Shown here: in pieces, positions 52,874-61,243 of the stretch | How the letters are laid out: every line of letters begins with the position of its first letter | Numbering within the stretch: the stretch's first letter is position 1 | Origin: Clostridia bacterium | GTDB taxonomy: Bacteria > Bacillota > Clostridia > Christensenellales > UBA3700 | DNA length: 64,000 nucleotides | Direction of reading: 5' to 3' | Assembly (NCBI GenBank): GCA_036659935.1 | Contig: JAVXBP010000001.1 | Location: 4,067 to 68,066 of the forward strand | Notes under the pieces: model-generated | Databases searched by the model: none | Seen by the model: the letters and a program-made list of their open reading frames with translations, nothing else | Told to the model about the DNA's origin: nothing | Made by a program: the position numbers and the translations under genes

Positions 52874-53710
52874 ATGAAAAAGAAAGTTTTATTGTCAATT
52901 GTATCAATTCTGTGCGTGGCGGTTGCATTGTTTGCAGTTGCTTGCTCTGGCCAAAAAGGGGAAGTTATTTCTCTCAAAAAACAAACGGACATTTTTCTTG
53001 AACTTAACAGCGGAAAGGCTGACGTAGGCGTTATGGATTCAGTTATGGCTGGCTATTATGTAAAGCAAGCTGACTCAATGTCCAAAGACTTGCAAATTGC
53101 AAGTGGCATCAATCTCGGCGACGAGAAGTATGGCATTGGTTTCCGCAAAGGAAGCGCAATCGCTGACAAAGTAAACACCGAACTTGCAAAACTTGCAAAA
53201 GACGGCACTGTGAAAGCAATCGCTGAGACATATGGCTTGACAGAAAGCTTGCTTGACGTTGATTACACTTCAAAGTGGGACAGCATCGCCGACAAATCTG
53301 ACTGGGACACTGTCAAAGCTAATGGCACAATCAAAATGGGATATACTGTTTTTGCTCCGATAGCTTTTGATAAAGGCGGCAAACTTGTTGGTTTCGATAT
53401 CGACCTTGCAACAAAAGTTTTCTCCAACCTTGGTCTCAAAGTTGAGTTTGTAGAAATAAATTGGGACACAAAGCTCATTGAATTGAAAGATAACAAAATT
53501 GATTGCATTTGGAATGGCATGACAATCACCGACGAACTCTCGAAGGCAATTGAATTTTCTACTCCATATATGGCAAACAAGCAATGCGCGGTTGTCAAGA
53601 AGTCAAACGCTGACAAATATAAGACAAACGAAGATATCAAAAATGTTCGCATAGCTGTCGAAAGTGGTTCTGCTGGAGAAAGTGTTGTTCTTGCATTGCT
53701 CAAAAAATAA
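52874..53710 (+). CDS. Amino-acid ABC transporter substrate-binding lipoprotein (SBP family 3; segment order appears circularly permuted)
   Basis: Lipobox LFAVACS. Residues 31-122 resemble the C-terminal third of HisJ/GlnH-type binders, and residues 146-278 (GFDIDLA...IDCIWNGMTIT...FSTPY) the N-terminal two thirds. Confidence 0.8.
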   Translation: MKKKVLLSIVSILCVAVALFAVACSGQKGEVISLKKQTDIFLELNSGKADVGVMDSVMAGYYVKQADSMSKDLQIASGINLGDEKYGIGFRKGSAIADKVNTELAKLAKDGTVKAIAETYGLTESLLDVDYTSKWDSIADKSDWDTVKANGTIKMGYTVFAPIAFDKGGKLVGFDIDLATKVFSNLGLKVEFVEINWDTKLIELKDNKIDCIWNGMTITDELSKAIEFSTPYMANKQCAVVKKSNADKYKTNEDIKNVRIAVESGSAGESVVLALLKK

Positions 53711-53743
53711 TATTAATCAACAAATAAAATAAAAACAAAGGAA

Positions 53744-53771
53744 CTCTTGTCCGCTTGATTGTGGACAAGAG
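53744..53771 (+). other. Intercistronic stem-loop between the binding-protein and permease genes (no T-run)
   Basis: 9-bp stem CTCTTGTCC / GGACAAGAG with a 10-nt loop. Probably a processing or stability element rather than a terminator. Confidence 0.6.
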
Positions 53772-53772
53772 T

Positions 53773-54465
53773 ATGCGTATTATAATGGCACAATTAACAT
53801 TTCAAGAAACAATGCAAAAATTTTGGGAAATAAACCTGCAACTTTTCTCTGGCTTTGGCAACACGCTAGCGATATTTTTCTCTACGCTCGTGTTTGCTTT
53901 GCCACTCGGACTGTTGCTTTGTTTTGGCTCAAAGTCAAGATTTTCGCCTTTGAAATATATCGTCAAAGTTTTTATTTGGATAATCAGGGGCACGCCGTTG
54001 ATGTTGCAAATAATCGTGATATTCTATGGACCGGGCTTGCTGGGGTGGAATATTCAAATAAACGACCGACTTGTCGCGGTAATTGTCGCGTTTGTTATCA
54101 ATTACGCGTGCTATTTTTCTGAGATATATCGCGGTGGCATTGAGTCAATTCCAAAGGGACAATATGAGGCAGGCGCGGTGCTTGGTATGAAAAAGAGACA
54201 AATTTTTGGCAACGTAGTCCTTCCGCAAGTTTGCAAAAGAATTATGGCGCCGATGAGCAACGAAGTAATCACACTTGTCAAAGACACGTCGCTTGCGCAA
54301 ATTATCGCCGTGGGCGAGCTTATCAAAGAAGCGCAAAAAATTGTCAACGTTCAAGGCATTCTGTGGCCGTTGTTCTATGCAGGACTGTTCTATTTGGTTT
54401 TCAACGGACTGCTCACATTGCTCTTTGGCTATATCGAAAAGCGTATGAATTATTATCGCATTTAA
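53773..54465 (+). CDS. Amino-acid ABC transporter permease (His/Glu/Gln/Arg/opine family)
   Basis: IIRGTPLMLQIIVIFYG and EAGAVLGMKKRQIFGNVVLPQ motifs. Start uncertain (TTG 53755, ATG 53773 or ATG 53785). Confidence 0.85.
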   Translation: MRIIMAQLTFQETMQKFWEINLQLFSGFGNTLAIFFSTLVFALPLGLLLCFGSKSRFSPLKYIVKVFIWIIRGTPLMLQIIVIFYGPGLLGWNIQINDRLVAVIVAFVINYACYFSEIYRGGIESIPKGQYEAGAVLGMKKRQIFGNVVLPQVCKRIMAPMSNEVITLVKDTSLAQIIAVGELIKEAQKIVNVQGILWPLFYAGLFYLVFNGLLTLLFGYIEKRMNYYRI

Positions 54466-54474
54466 GGAGAAAAA

Positions 54475-55356
54475 ATGGCTTTTTTTGAAGTAAACAATAT
54501 AAAGAAAAATTTTGGAAGCACGCAAGTTTTGCGCGGAATAAATTTTGAAATGAACAAGGGCGAGATTGTCGCGATTATTGGCTCGTCGGGCAGTGGAAAA
54601 ACGACGCTTTTGCGTTGCATAAACTTTCTCGAAAGCGCTGACGAAGGCTCAATCACCGTCAATGGCGACAAGGTTTTGGACATAAAAGTCGGCGAAGGCA
54701 AAAAGATTGCAAGCGACAAAGAACAACGCAAAAAGAGATTGCATTTTGGCTTGGTTTTCCAATCTTTCAATCTTTTTCCGCATTACAACGTTCTCAAAAA
54801 CATTATGCTTGCGGCGGAAATGCTCAACAAGGACGAGTTTAAAGCTGCGCAAAAGGCAAAAAAAATAGCCAACAAAGGCAAAGTGTTGACAAAAGAAGAA
54901 AAGATTGCCGACAAACTTGCCAAAGCGCAAGAAAAGGAAGAAAGCAAAAACAAAATTGAGAATCTTGCTTTCGCCTTGCTCGACAAAGTTGGGCTGAGAG
55001 AAAAAGCGGCAAGCTATCCTTGCGAGTTGTCTGGCGGACAACAACAGAGAATCGCTATCGCTCGCGCCTTGGCGCTCAACCCTGACGTTCTTTGTTTCGA
55101 TGAGCCGACAAGCGCGCTCGACCCAGAACTCACTGGTGAAGTTCTCAAAGTTATCAAAGGTCTCAAAAGTGGCGAGACAACAATGGTTGTTGTCACTCAC
55201 GAGATGGAATTTGCGCGCAAAGTCGCGGATAGAGTTATTTTTATGGCGGACGGCGTGATTGTTGAACAGGGCACTCCGCAAGAAATTTTCGAAAACCCAA
55301 AATGCGAGCGCACAAAAAGCTTTATCAACAAGTTAGAAAACATTACTTTTGACTAG
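54475..55356 (+). CDS. Amino-acid ABC transporter ATP-binding protein with a ~35-aa K/E-rich insertion
   Basis: Walker [11 protein letters not shown]-loop FQSFNLFPH, signature [15 protein letters not shown], Walker [12 protein letters not shown]. 293 aa versus about 240 for typical GlnQ-type ATPases. Confidence 0.9.
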   Translation: MAFFEVNNIKKNFGSTQVLRGINFEMNKGEIVAIIGSSGSGKTTLLRCINFLESADEGSITVNGDKVLDIKVGEGKKIASDKEQRKKRLHFGLVFQSFNLFPHYNVLKNIMLAAEMLNKDEFKAAQKAKKIANKGKVLTKEEKIADKLAKAQEKEESKNKIENLAFALLDKVGLREKAASYPCELSGGQQQRIAIARALALNPDVLCFDEPTSALDPELTGEVLKVIKGLKSGETTMVVVTHEMEFARKVADRVIFMADGVIVEQGTPQEIFENPKCERTKSFINKLENITFD

Positions 55357-55392
55357 AAAAAATAAATGACAATAAGACAATAAAACGAAAAA

Positions 55393-55426
55393 ATGCGATA
55401 TCTTTGCAGGTATCGCATTTTTTTCT
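55393..55426. terminator. Bidirectional rho-independent terminator between convergent genes
   Basis: Stem ATGCGATA / TATCGCAT with a 10-nt loop, A-run upstream and T7 downstream. Confidence 0.85.
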
Positions 55427-55473
55427 ACAAGAAAGTCGCAAAACTTTGCAGTTTTGTCAACTCTTGTTTTGCT

Positions 55474-55611
55474 TTACGCCTTTTCGGTGCTAGAGTAAGC
55501 TTTTGTCGCGTTTGTCTTTGAGTTCGAGCAAGCTTTTTCTGCGCCAGCGTTTGATTTTTGTTTTGCTCTTTGAGCATTTTTTGCGCCGTTTGCTTTGTTA
55601 GTTTTTTCCAT
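55474..55611 (-). CDS. Small basic hypothetical protein (45 aa, K/A/N/S-rich)
   Basis: ATG 55611 lies 9 nt after a perfect AGGAGG. MEKTNKANGAKNAQRAKQKSNAGAEKACSNSKTNATKAYSSTEKA. The longer ORF-track version (to 55695) overlaps the upstream gene's end and is rejected. Confidence 0.5.
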   Translation of the reverse strand: MEKTNKANGAKNAQRAKQKSNAGAEKACSNSKTNATKAYSSTEKA

Positions 55612-55676
55612 AACTTTATACCTCCTTATTTGGTACAATTCTATTGTTGTACTTTTTGACGAAAGTATACAAGTTG

Positions 55677-57152
55677 TCAAAATTTTCCTATCCAATTGTT
55701 GAGATGTTGAGATGTTTTTGACTTGGTTTTGTCAAGGTAATCAAAGACAATTTGGCTGTTTACAACCTTGTAACGGCAATCTTTGGCAATGGTTGTCAGC
55801 GCTTTGTTGAGTTTTTTTGTCGTCATATAGTTTTGCGCGTCACGCCAAAGGAGCAGTGACTTGTTGTAGCAAATGTTTGTATAATCGAAATTGTCGCTAT
55901 ATTTGTCGAGCGGAAAATGGAATTGCATTTTGTCCACTTCTTGCCCACTGCTGGCGAGTTTTGCAGTCAAATAATCGTCGTAAGCGCTTTGCGCGCTGGC
56001 AATATATTTTGTCGCTGCGGCAATATTGTTGTTGGTCAAATAATATTGATAGACAGAAAATTCCGTCAGTCCTTCATCGAGCCACGGTTGGACAATCGGG
56101 TTTGTGCCGACCATTCCATACCACCATTGGTGCGCCGTCTCGTGCGCGATGACAGTTTCTTGCATATCTTCCGCAAGTTCGTCGCTGATATAAATCATTG
56201 TTCCAAATTCCATTCCGCCCGCGACAAAAGGAATTTTAGCGACAGAAAAAGTGTTGTAACCATATTCGCCATAGAGTGTCGAAAATGTCGAGAGAGCCGA
56301 CTTTATTTGCTCCATTGTTTTGTCGGGGGCAAGGTCGAAAGTGTAGAGATAAGAAAGTTGAAGATTGCCAAAAGTAATAGCTTTTTTGCTTGCTACTTTG
56401 CTCATTACAATAGAAAAGTCACGGATATTTTTGCACTCTGCAAAGACGTATGTTTTGTGGTTTTGCTCATATTCGGTATAGCTTCCGCTGTTGACCGCGC
56501 GATAGCCTTGTGGCAGTCGATAGCTCACGGCATAATCGGCGCACTCGTTGAAAAAGGGGTCGCCGATAGCAAAATAGTCATAAATTTGCCACTTTCCGTT
56601 GGACAAAGGGGGCACTTGCAAATAAAAGTTTGTGAGCATAATCGCGCTTTCGTTCATTCCATATCGCAAAGTTGTGACGGGCAAAGTGAGATGGAAAGTC
56701 GCGCTGATAGTGACTTTCTCGGACGGGGGCAGGGCAATCGCAAGTTGAATGATGACAATATTGCGCGCGCTGTCGAAGCTCCAGTTGGAAATGTTGTCGC
56801 AAGTCAAGCTTTGGAAGTCAGCCTTGCCATAGTTGACGCCATAAGGATAGGCAGTCGGCAATTCTTCTTTGCAACAAGGCAAAGGCTTGCTTTTGTCGTT
56901 GAAAGCGTTGGGATAGAAATTGAGCCATATCTCAGAAAGTGGGCTGTCGCCTTGATTGTAATACACAATTTTTTCTTGAACGGAAACGCGCGCCTTGTCA
57001 GGCTCGAGCTCAAGCTCCAAGGTATATTTTGTCGGAAAGTATTTTTCCCGCAAGAAAAATATATCCCAGAAAATGCCTGCCGCGACCAAGACAAGCAAAA
57101 TTGTTGTGACGATGATAGCTATTAATTTTTTTGTTTTTTGCGATAAATACAT
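55677..57152 (-). CDS. Membrane-anchored M1-family (gluzincin) metallopeptidase
   Basis: N-terminal hydrophobic helix. HETAHQWWYG followed 18 residues later by the E of WLDEGLTEF (HExxH-x18-E). Confidence 0.8.
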   Translation of the reverse strand: MYLSQKTKKLIAIIVTTILLVLVAAGIFWDIFFLREKYFPTKYTLELELEPDKARVSVQEKIVYYNQGDSPLSEIWLNFYPNAFNDKSKPLPCCKEELPTAYPYGVNYGKADFQSLTCDNISNWSFDSARNIVIIQLAIALPPSEKVTISATFHLTLPVTTLRYGMNESAIMLTNFYLQVPPLSNGKWQIYDYFAIGDPFFNECADYAVSYRLPQGYRAVNSGSYTEYEQNHKTYVFAECKNIRDFSIVMSKVASKKAITFGNLQLSYLYTFDLAPDKTMEQIKSALSTFSTLYGEYGYNTFSVAKIPFVAGGMEFGTMIYISDELAEDMQETVIAHETAHQWWYGMVGTNPIVQPWLDEGLTEFSVYQYYLTNNNIAAATKYIASAQSAYDDYLTAKLASSGQEVDKMQFHFPLDKYSDNFDYTNICYNKSLLLWRDAQNYMTTKKLNKALTTIAKDCRYKVVNSQIVFDYLDKTKSKTSQHLNNWIGKF

Positions 57153-57218
57153 ACAATTATTTATATGGCAAAATTGCGCGTTTATTACACTTGTCGCAAG
57201 TCACCGCAGAAAATTCTA

Positions 57219-57347
57219 CAAAGAAAAACCAAACAAAGAAAAACCAAACAAAGAAAACAAAACAAGTAAACAAAACAAGTAAACAAAACAAGTAAACAAA
57301 ACAAATAAACCAAACAAATAAACCAAATAAATAAACAAAACAAATAA
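57219..57347. repeat. Back-to-back microsatellite-like arrays: 15-mer CAAAGAAAAACCAAA x2.6, then degenerate 13-mer ACAAAACAAGTAA x7
   Basis: 15-mers at 57219, 57234 and 57249 (partial). 13-mers at 57257, 57270, 57283, 57296, 57309, 57322 and 57335. Upstream of the peptidase gene. Confidence 0.9.
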
Positions 57348-57353
57348 TAGAGC

Positions 57354-57389
57354 AAAAAAATACGGCTTGTCTTGCGACGCGCCGTATTT
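57354..57389 (-). terminator. Rho-independent terminator of the PFOR gene
   Basis: On the minus strand: stem AAATACGGC / GCCGTATTT with an internal mini-hairpin, followed by T7. Confidence 0.7.
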
Positions 57390-57411
57390 GATTTGTTGTT
57401 GTTAGACGAGA

Positions 57412-60400
57412 TTATTCGGACAACTTCTTGTAGCCTGCATATCTGTCTTTTGCTTGTTCCTCATTGAGTTTGAAGAGCTTTTCTGCAACTTCTGGCTTTG
57501 CTTTTGCGAGCATAGCGTATCTATTTTCGCCCATAAGGAATTCTTTGTAGTTGATAGTAGGTTCTTTGCTTGCAAGTTTGAATGGATTTTTCTCAGTTCC
57601 AACCAATTGTGGGTTGTAGCTGTAGAGTTGCCAATAACCTGCGTCAACGGCCTTTTTCATCTCAAGTTGTGAGTTGGACATATTGATACCGTGGTTGATG
57701 CAAGGAGCGTACGCGATAATCAAAGATGGTCCGTCATAAGCCTCGGCTTCTTTGATAGCGGTCAAGCATTGATTCATATTTGCGCCCATAGAAATTTGCG
57801 CTACATAGACATAGCCATAGCTCATCGCCATTCTTCCAAGGTCCTTTTTCTTTGTCAATTTTCCGCCAGCGGCGAATTTTGCAACTGCGCCAGTAGGTGA
57901 TGACTTGGACGCTTGTCCGCCTGTGTTGGAATAAACTTCTGTGTCAAGAACGATTACGTTGACGTCTTCGCCCATTGCGAGCACGTGGTCAAGTCCGCCA
58001 TAACCGATATCATAAGCCCAGCCGTCGCCACCAAATATCCAGATTGATTTTTTGATGAGACAATCTTTGCTTTTTGCGATGTCAGCGAGCAAAGCTTTTT
58101 TGTCAGGGTCGATTTCGTTTGCGACAAGTCCGTCGATAGCGGCGCGAATAGCCTCAGAAGCGACTTTGTTTGCGTCAACATTTTTGTAAGAGTCAAGCCA
58201 GTTGTTGAGCAATGTCGCAACGCTTTCGTCTACGCCAAGCGCGAGCAAAGCTTTTGCGTTGTCAGCAATTTTGACACGGCGTTGACCATAAGCCACGTTG
58301 ATACCATATCCAAATTCTGCATTGTCCTCGAACAAGCTGTTTGCCCAAGCAGGTCCATTGCCTTTTTCGTCCTTGCAATAAGGGCAAGTTGGAGCAGAAC
58401 CGCCATAAATTGACGAGCAACCAGTTGCGTTTGCAACAACCATTCTTTCGCCAAACAATTGGGTGATAACCTTGAGATAAGGTGTTTCTCCACAACCAGC
58501 GCAAGCGCCAGAGAACTCGAAATAAGGTTTGTTCAATTGACTTCCAAGAACTGTGTCTCTCTTGATAGGAGCGTCAGATGCAGGAAGGCTGTTTGCAAAA
58601 GTCCAATTTGCTGGCTCGTTGTTTGCGATGACGTCTTCGAGTTTTGTCATAACAAGCGCCTTTTCTTTTGCTGGGCAAATGTTTGCGCAGCTTCCGCAGC
58701 CTGTGCAATCAAGCGGAGAAACTTGCATGCGATATTTGTAGCCCTTTGCAGCTTTGCTGTCCACGATTCCAAACGATGCAGGAGCGCCAGCAAGAGTTTC
58801 TTCTTTTTGAACGACTGGTCTTATGCAAGCGTGTGGGCAAACAAATGCGCATTGGTTGCATTGAATGCAGTTGTCGCTGAGCCATACTGGAACTTCGACA
58901 GCGATTCCGCGTTTTTCGAATTGAGTGGTTGACGTTGGAACGTGACCGTCCGCGTTTGGCATAAATGCAGAAACAGGGAGGTTGTCGCCTTCTTGAGCAA
59001 GGATAGGAGCGATAATCTCATTGAAGTATTTATCTTCTGTAATCTTTGCAGGAACAGCGCCCTCGGCGCAAGTCGCCCAAGACGATGGATACTTGATTTC
59101 TTGAATGTTGCTGATAGCGTTGTCGATAGCGGCAAAGTTCATATTAACAACTTTTTCGCCTTTCTTTGAGAAAGATTTGATAACAAATTCTTTCATATGT
59201 TTTTCTGCGTCAGCGTAAGGAATTACATTTGCGAGCTTGAAGAAGCAAGCTTGCATAGCGGTAGAAATTCTGTTGCCAAGTCCAATCTCTTCGACAACTT
59301 TGATAGCGTCGATATTGTAGAACTTGATATTTTTCTTTGCAATCAAATTCTTCATCTTTGCAGGAAGGTGCTTGTCCATGTCGTCAAGAGTCCAAGAACT
59401 GTTGAGCAAGAACACGCCATTCTTTTTGAGTGAAGTAATCATATCATATTTGATAACATAAGACGGATTGTGGCAAGCGACAAAGTCGGCTTGGTCAATC
59501 AAATAAGCGCTGTGAATTGGGGTGTCGCCAAAACGCAAGTGAGAAACGGTGATACCGCCTGACTTCTTTGAGTCGTATGCGAAATAAGCTTGCGCGTATT
59601 TTTCTGTGTAGTTGCCGATAATTTTGATAGAGTTCTTGTTGCTTCCGACAGTGCCGTCAGAGCCAAGTCCATAGAACTTGCAGCTGATTGCGCCCTTTGG
59701 AGCGGTGTCAATAATCTCAGAATAATCGAGAGAAGTGTTTGTAACGTCATCGTTGATGCCGACAGTAAAGTGATTCTTTGGCTTTTCAACGAGCATATTT
59801 GCATAAATCGCGTTGATCATAGAAGGAGTGAATTCTTTTGAACCAAGTCCAAATCTTCCTGATACGACTTTGATATTTGTTCTTTCTGATTCTGACAAAG
59901 CTGTCACAACGTCGAGATAAAGTGGTTCGCCAGCGCTGCCAGCTTCTTTTACTCTGTCAAGAACGGTCACAACTTTTGCGCTTGCTGGGATAGCCGCCGC
60001 AAATTTTGCAACTGAGAATGGACGGAACAATCTAACTTTTACAAGTCCGAGTTTTTGTCCGTGCGCGTTCAAATAGTCGATTGTCTCAGAGATTGTCTCT
60101 GCGCCGCTGCCCATTACAACAATAACTCTGTCAGCATTTGGGTCGCCATAATAATCATAGAGATTGTATTGTCTGCCCGTGATAGAGTATACGTCAGCCA
60201 TAGCTTCTTCTACGATAGAAGGGATAGCGTCATAATAGTTGTTGCAAGCCTCGCGGTTCTGGAAGTAAATGTCAGGGTTCTGAGCTGTGCCCTTTTGAAT
60301 TGGGTGCTCAGGGTTGAGAGAGCGAGCCTTGAAGTCGTCAACATATTGCATATATTTGCTGTTGAAAACAGGTCTGATATCTTCGTAATCAATCATCTCA

Positions 60401-60945
60401 ATCTTTGAAACTTCGTGAGATGTGCGGAAACCGTCAAAGAAGTGAACAAAAGGAACTCTTGCCTTGAGAGTAGCGAAGTGAGTCGCGAGAGCCAAGTCCA
60501 TAACTTCTTGAACAGAACAAGAGCAAAGCATAGCAAAACCAGTTTGTCTTACTGCCATAACGTCACTGTGGTCGCCAAAAATGTTCAATGCGTGATATGC
60601 GAGAGCGCGAGCGCTTACGTGGAAAACGCAAGGAGTGAGTTCGCCTGCAATTTTGTACATATTTGGAATCATAAGCAACAAGCCTTGGCTTGCCGTAAAG
60701 GTAGTCGTCAAAGCGCCTGCCATAAGAGAACCATGCACTGCGCCAGCCGCGCCAGCCTCAGATTCCATCTCAGCCAACTTCAAAGTTTGACCAAAAAGGT
60801 TTTTTCTTCCTGCTGTCGCCCATTCGTCACAGTTTTCTGCCATCGGGGAAGAAGGCGTGATTGGGTAAATAGCGGCAACCTCGCTGAACGCGTAAGCGAT
60901 ATGCGCGGCGGCTGTATTTCCGTCAATTGTCATTTTTTTGCCCAT
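57412..60945 (-). CDS. nifJ: Pyruvate:ferredoxin (flavodoxin) oxidoreductase, single-polypeptide type
   Basis: True start MGKKMTIDGNTAAAHIAYAFSE after GGAGG. Ferredoxin motifs CIQCNQCAFVCP and CTGCGSCANICP. TPP site GGDGWAYDIGYGG. About 1177 aa. Confidence 0.95.
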   Translation of the reverse strand: MGKKMTIDGNTAAAHIAYAFSEVAAIYPITPSSPMAENCDEWATAGRKNLFGQTLKLAEMESEAGAAGAVHGSLMAGALTTTFTASQGLLLMIPNMYKIAGELTPCVFHVSARALAYHALNIFGDHSDVMAVRQTGFAMLCSCSVQEVMDLALATHFATLKARVPFVHFFDGFRTSHEVSKIEMIDYEDIRPVFNSKYMQYVDDFKARSLNPEHPIQKGTAQNPDIYFQNREACNNYYDAIPSIVEEAMADVYSITGRQYNLYDYYGDPNADRVIVVMGSGAETISETIDYLNAHGQKLGLVKVRLFRPFSVAKFAAAIPASAKVVTVLDRVKEAGSAGEPLYLDVVTALSESERTNIKVVSGRFGLGSKEFTPSMINAIYANMLVEKPKNHFTVGINDDVTNTSLDYSEIIDTAPKGAISCKFYGLGSDGTVGSNKNSIKIIGNYTEKYAQAYFAYDSKKSGGITVSHLRFGDTPIHSAYLIDQADFVACHNPSYVIKYDMITSLKKNGVFLLNSSWTLDDMDKHLPAKMKNLIAKKNIKFYNIDAIKVVEEIGLGNRISTAMQACFFKLANVIPYADAEKHMKEFVIKSFSKKGEKVVNMNFAAIDNAISNIQEIKYPSSWATCAEGAVPAKITEDKYFNEIIAPILAQEGDNLPVSAFMPNADGHVPTSTTQFEKRGIAVEVPVWLSDNCIQCNQCAFVCPHACIRPVVQKEETLAGAPASFGIVDSKAAKGYKYRMQVSPLDCTGCGSCANICPAKEKALVMTKLEDVIANNEPANWTFANSLPASDAPIKRDTVLGSQLNKPYFEFSGACAGCGETPYLKVITQLFGERMVVANATGCSSIYGGSAPTCPYCKDEKGNGPAWANSLFEDNAEFGYGINVAYGQRRVKIADNAKALLALGVDESVATLLNNWLDSYKNVDANKVASEAIRAAIDGLVANEIDPDKKALLADIAKSKDCLIKKSIWIFGGDGWAYDIGYGGLDHVLAMGEDVNVIVLDTEVYSNTGGQASKSSPTGAVAKFAAGGKLTKKKDLGRMAMSYGYVYVAQISMGANMNQCLTAIKEAEAYDGPSLIIAYAPCINHGINMSNSQLEMKKAVDAGYWQLYSYNPQLVGTEKNPFKLASKEPTINYKEFLMGENRYAMLAKAKPEVAEKLFKLNEEQAKDRYAGYKKLSE

Positions 60946-61243
60946 AAAATAAATACCTCCATAGTAATGAGTAATCATTTAATATTCTTTGAACACTGTT
61001 ATCTTTGACATATTTTGGCAAAAATAGCAATATTCGTCAAATCATTGATAACTAATATTATATATTATTATAAGAATTAAGTCAAACACATTTTGTCCAT
61101 AATTGCCAAATTCTACAACTTAACGCGCCAAAAGCCAAAAAACCAAAATATCCTTTCGATATCGTTGTAAAAAAAATACAATTGTGTTAAAATAATATCT
61201 ATTGATTGCAAAGCGTTTGCGCGCGTTTGCAGAAGGAGAACCA

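Noticed and set aside
55917-57125. 402-codon plus-strand ORF opposite the M1 peptidase gene
   Set aside because: It is a codon-aligned antisense shadow. The minus strand carries HExxH-x18-E and a membrane anchor. Similar shadows are at 49863-50807 (opposite fhs), 63045-63947 (opposite ecfT), 16698-17555, 18069-18875, 28835-29596 and 37439-38284, and all are rejected for the same reason.
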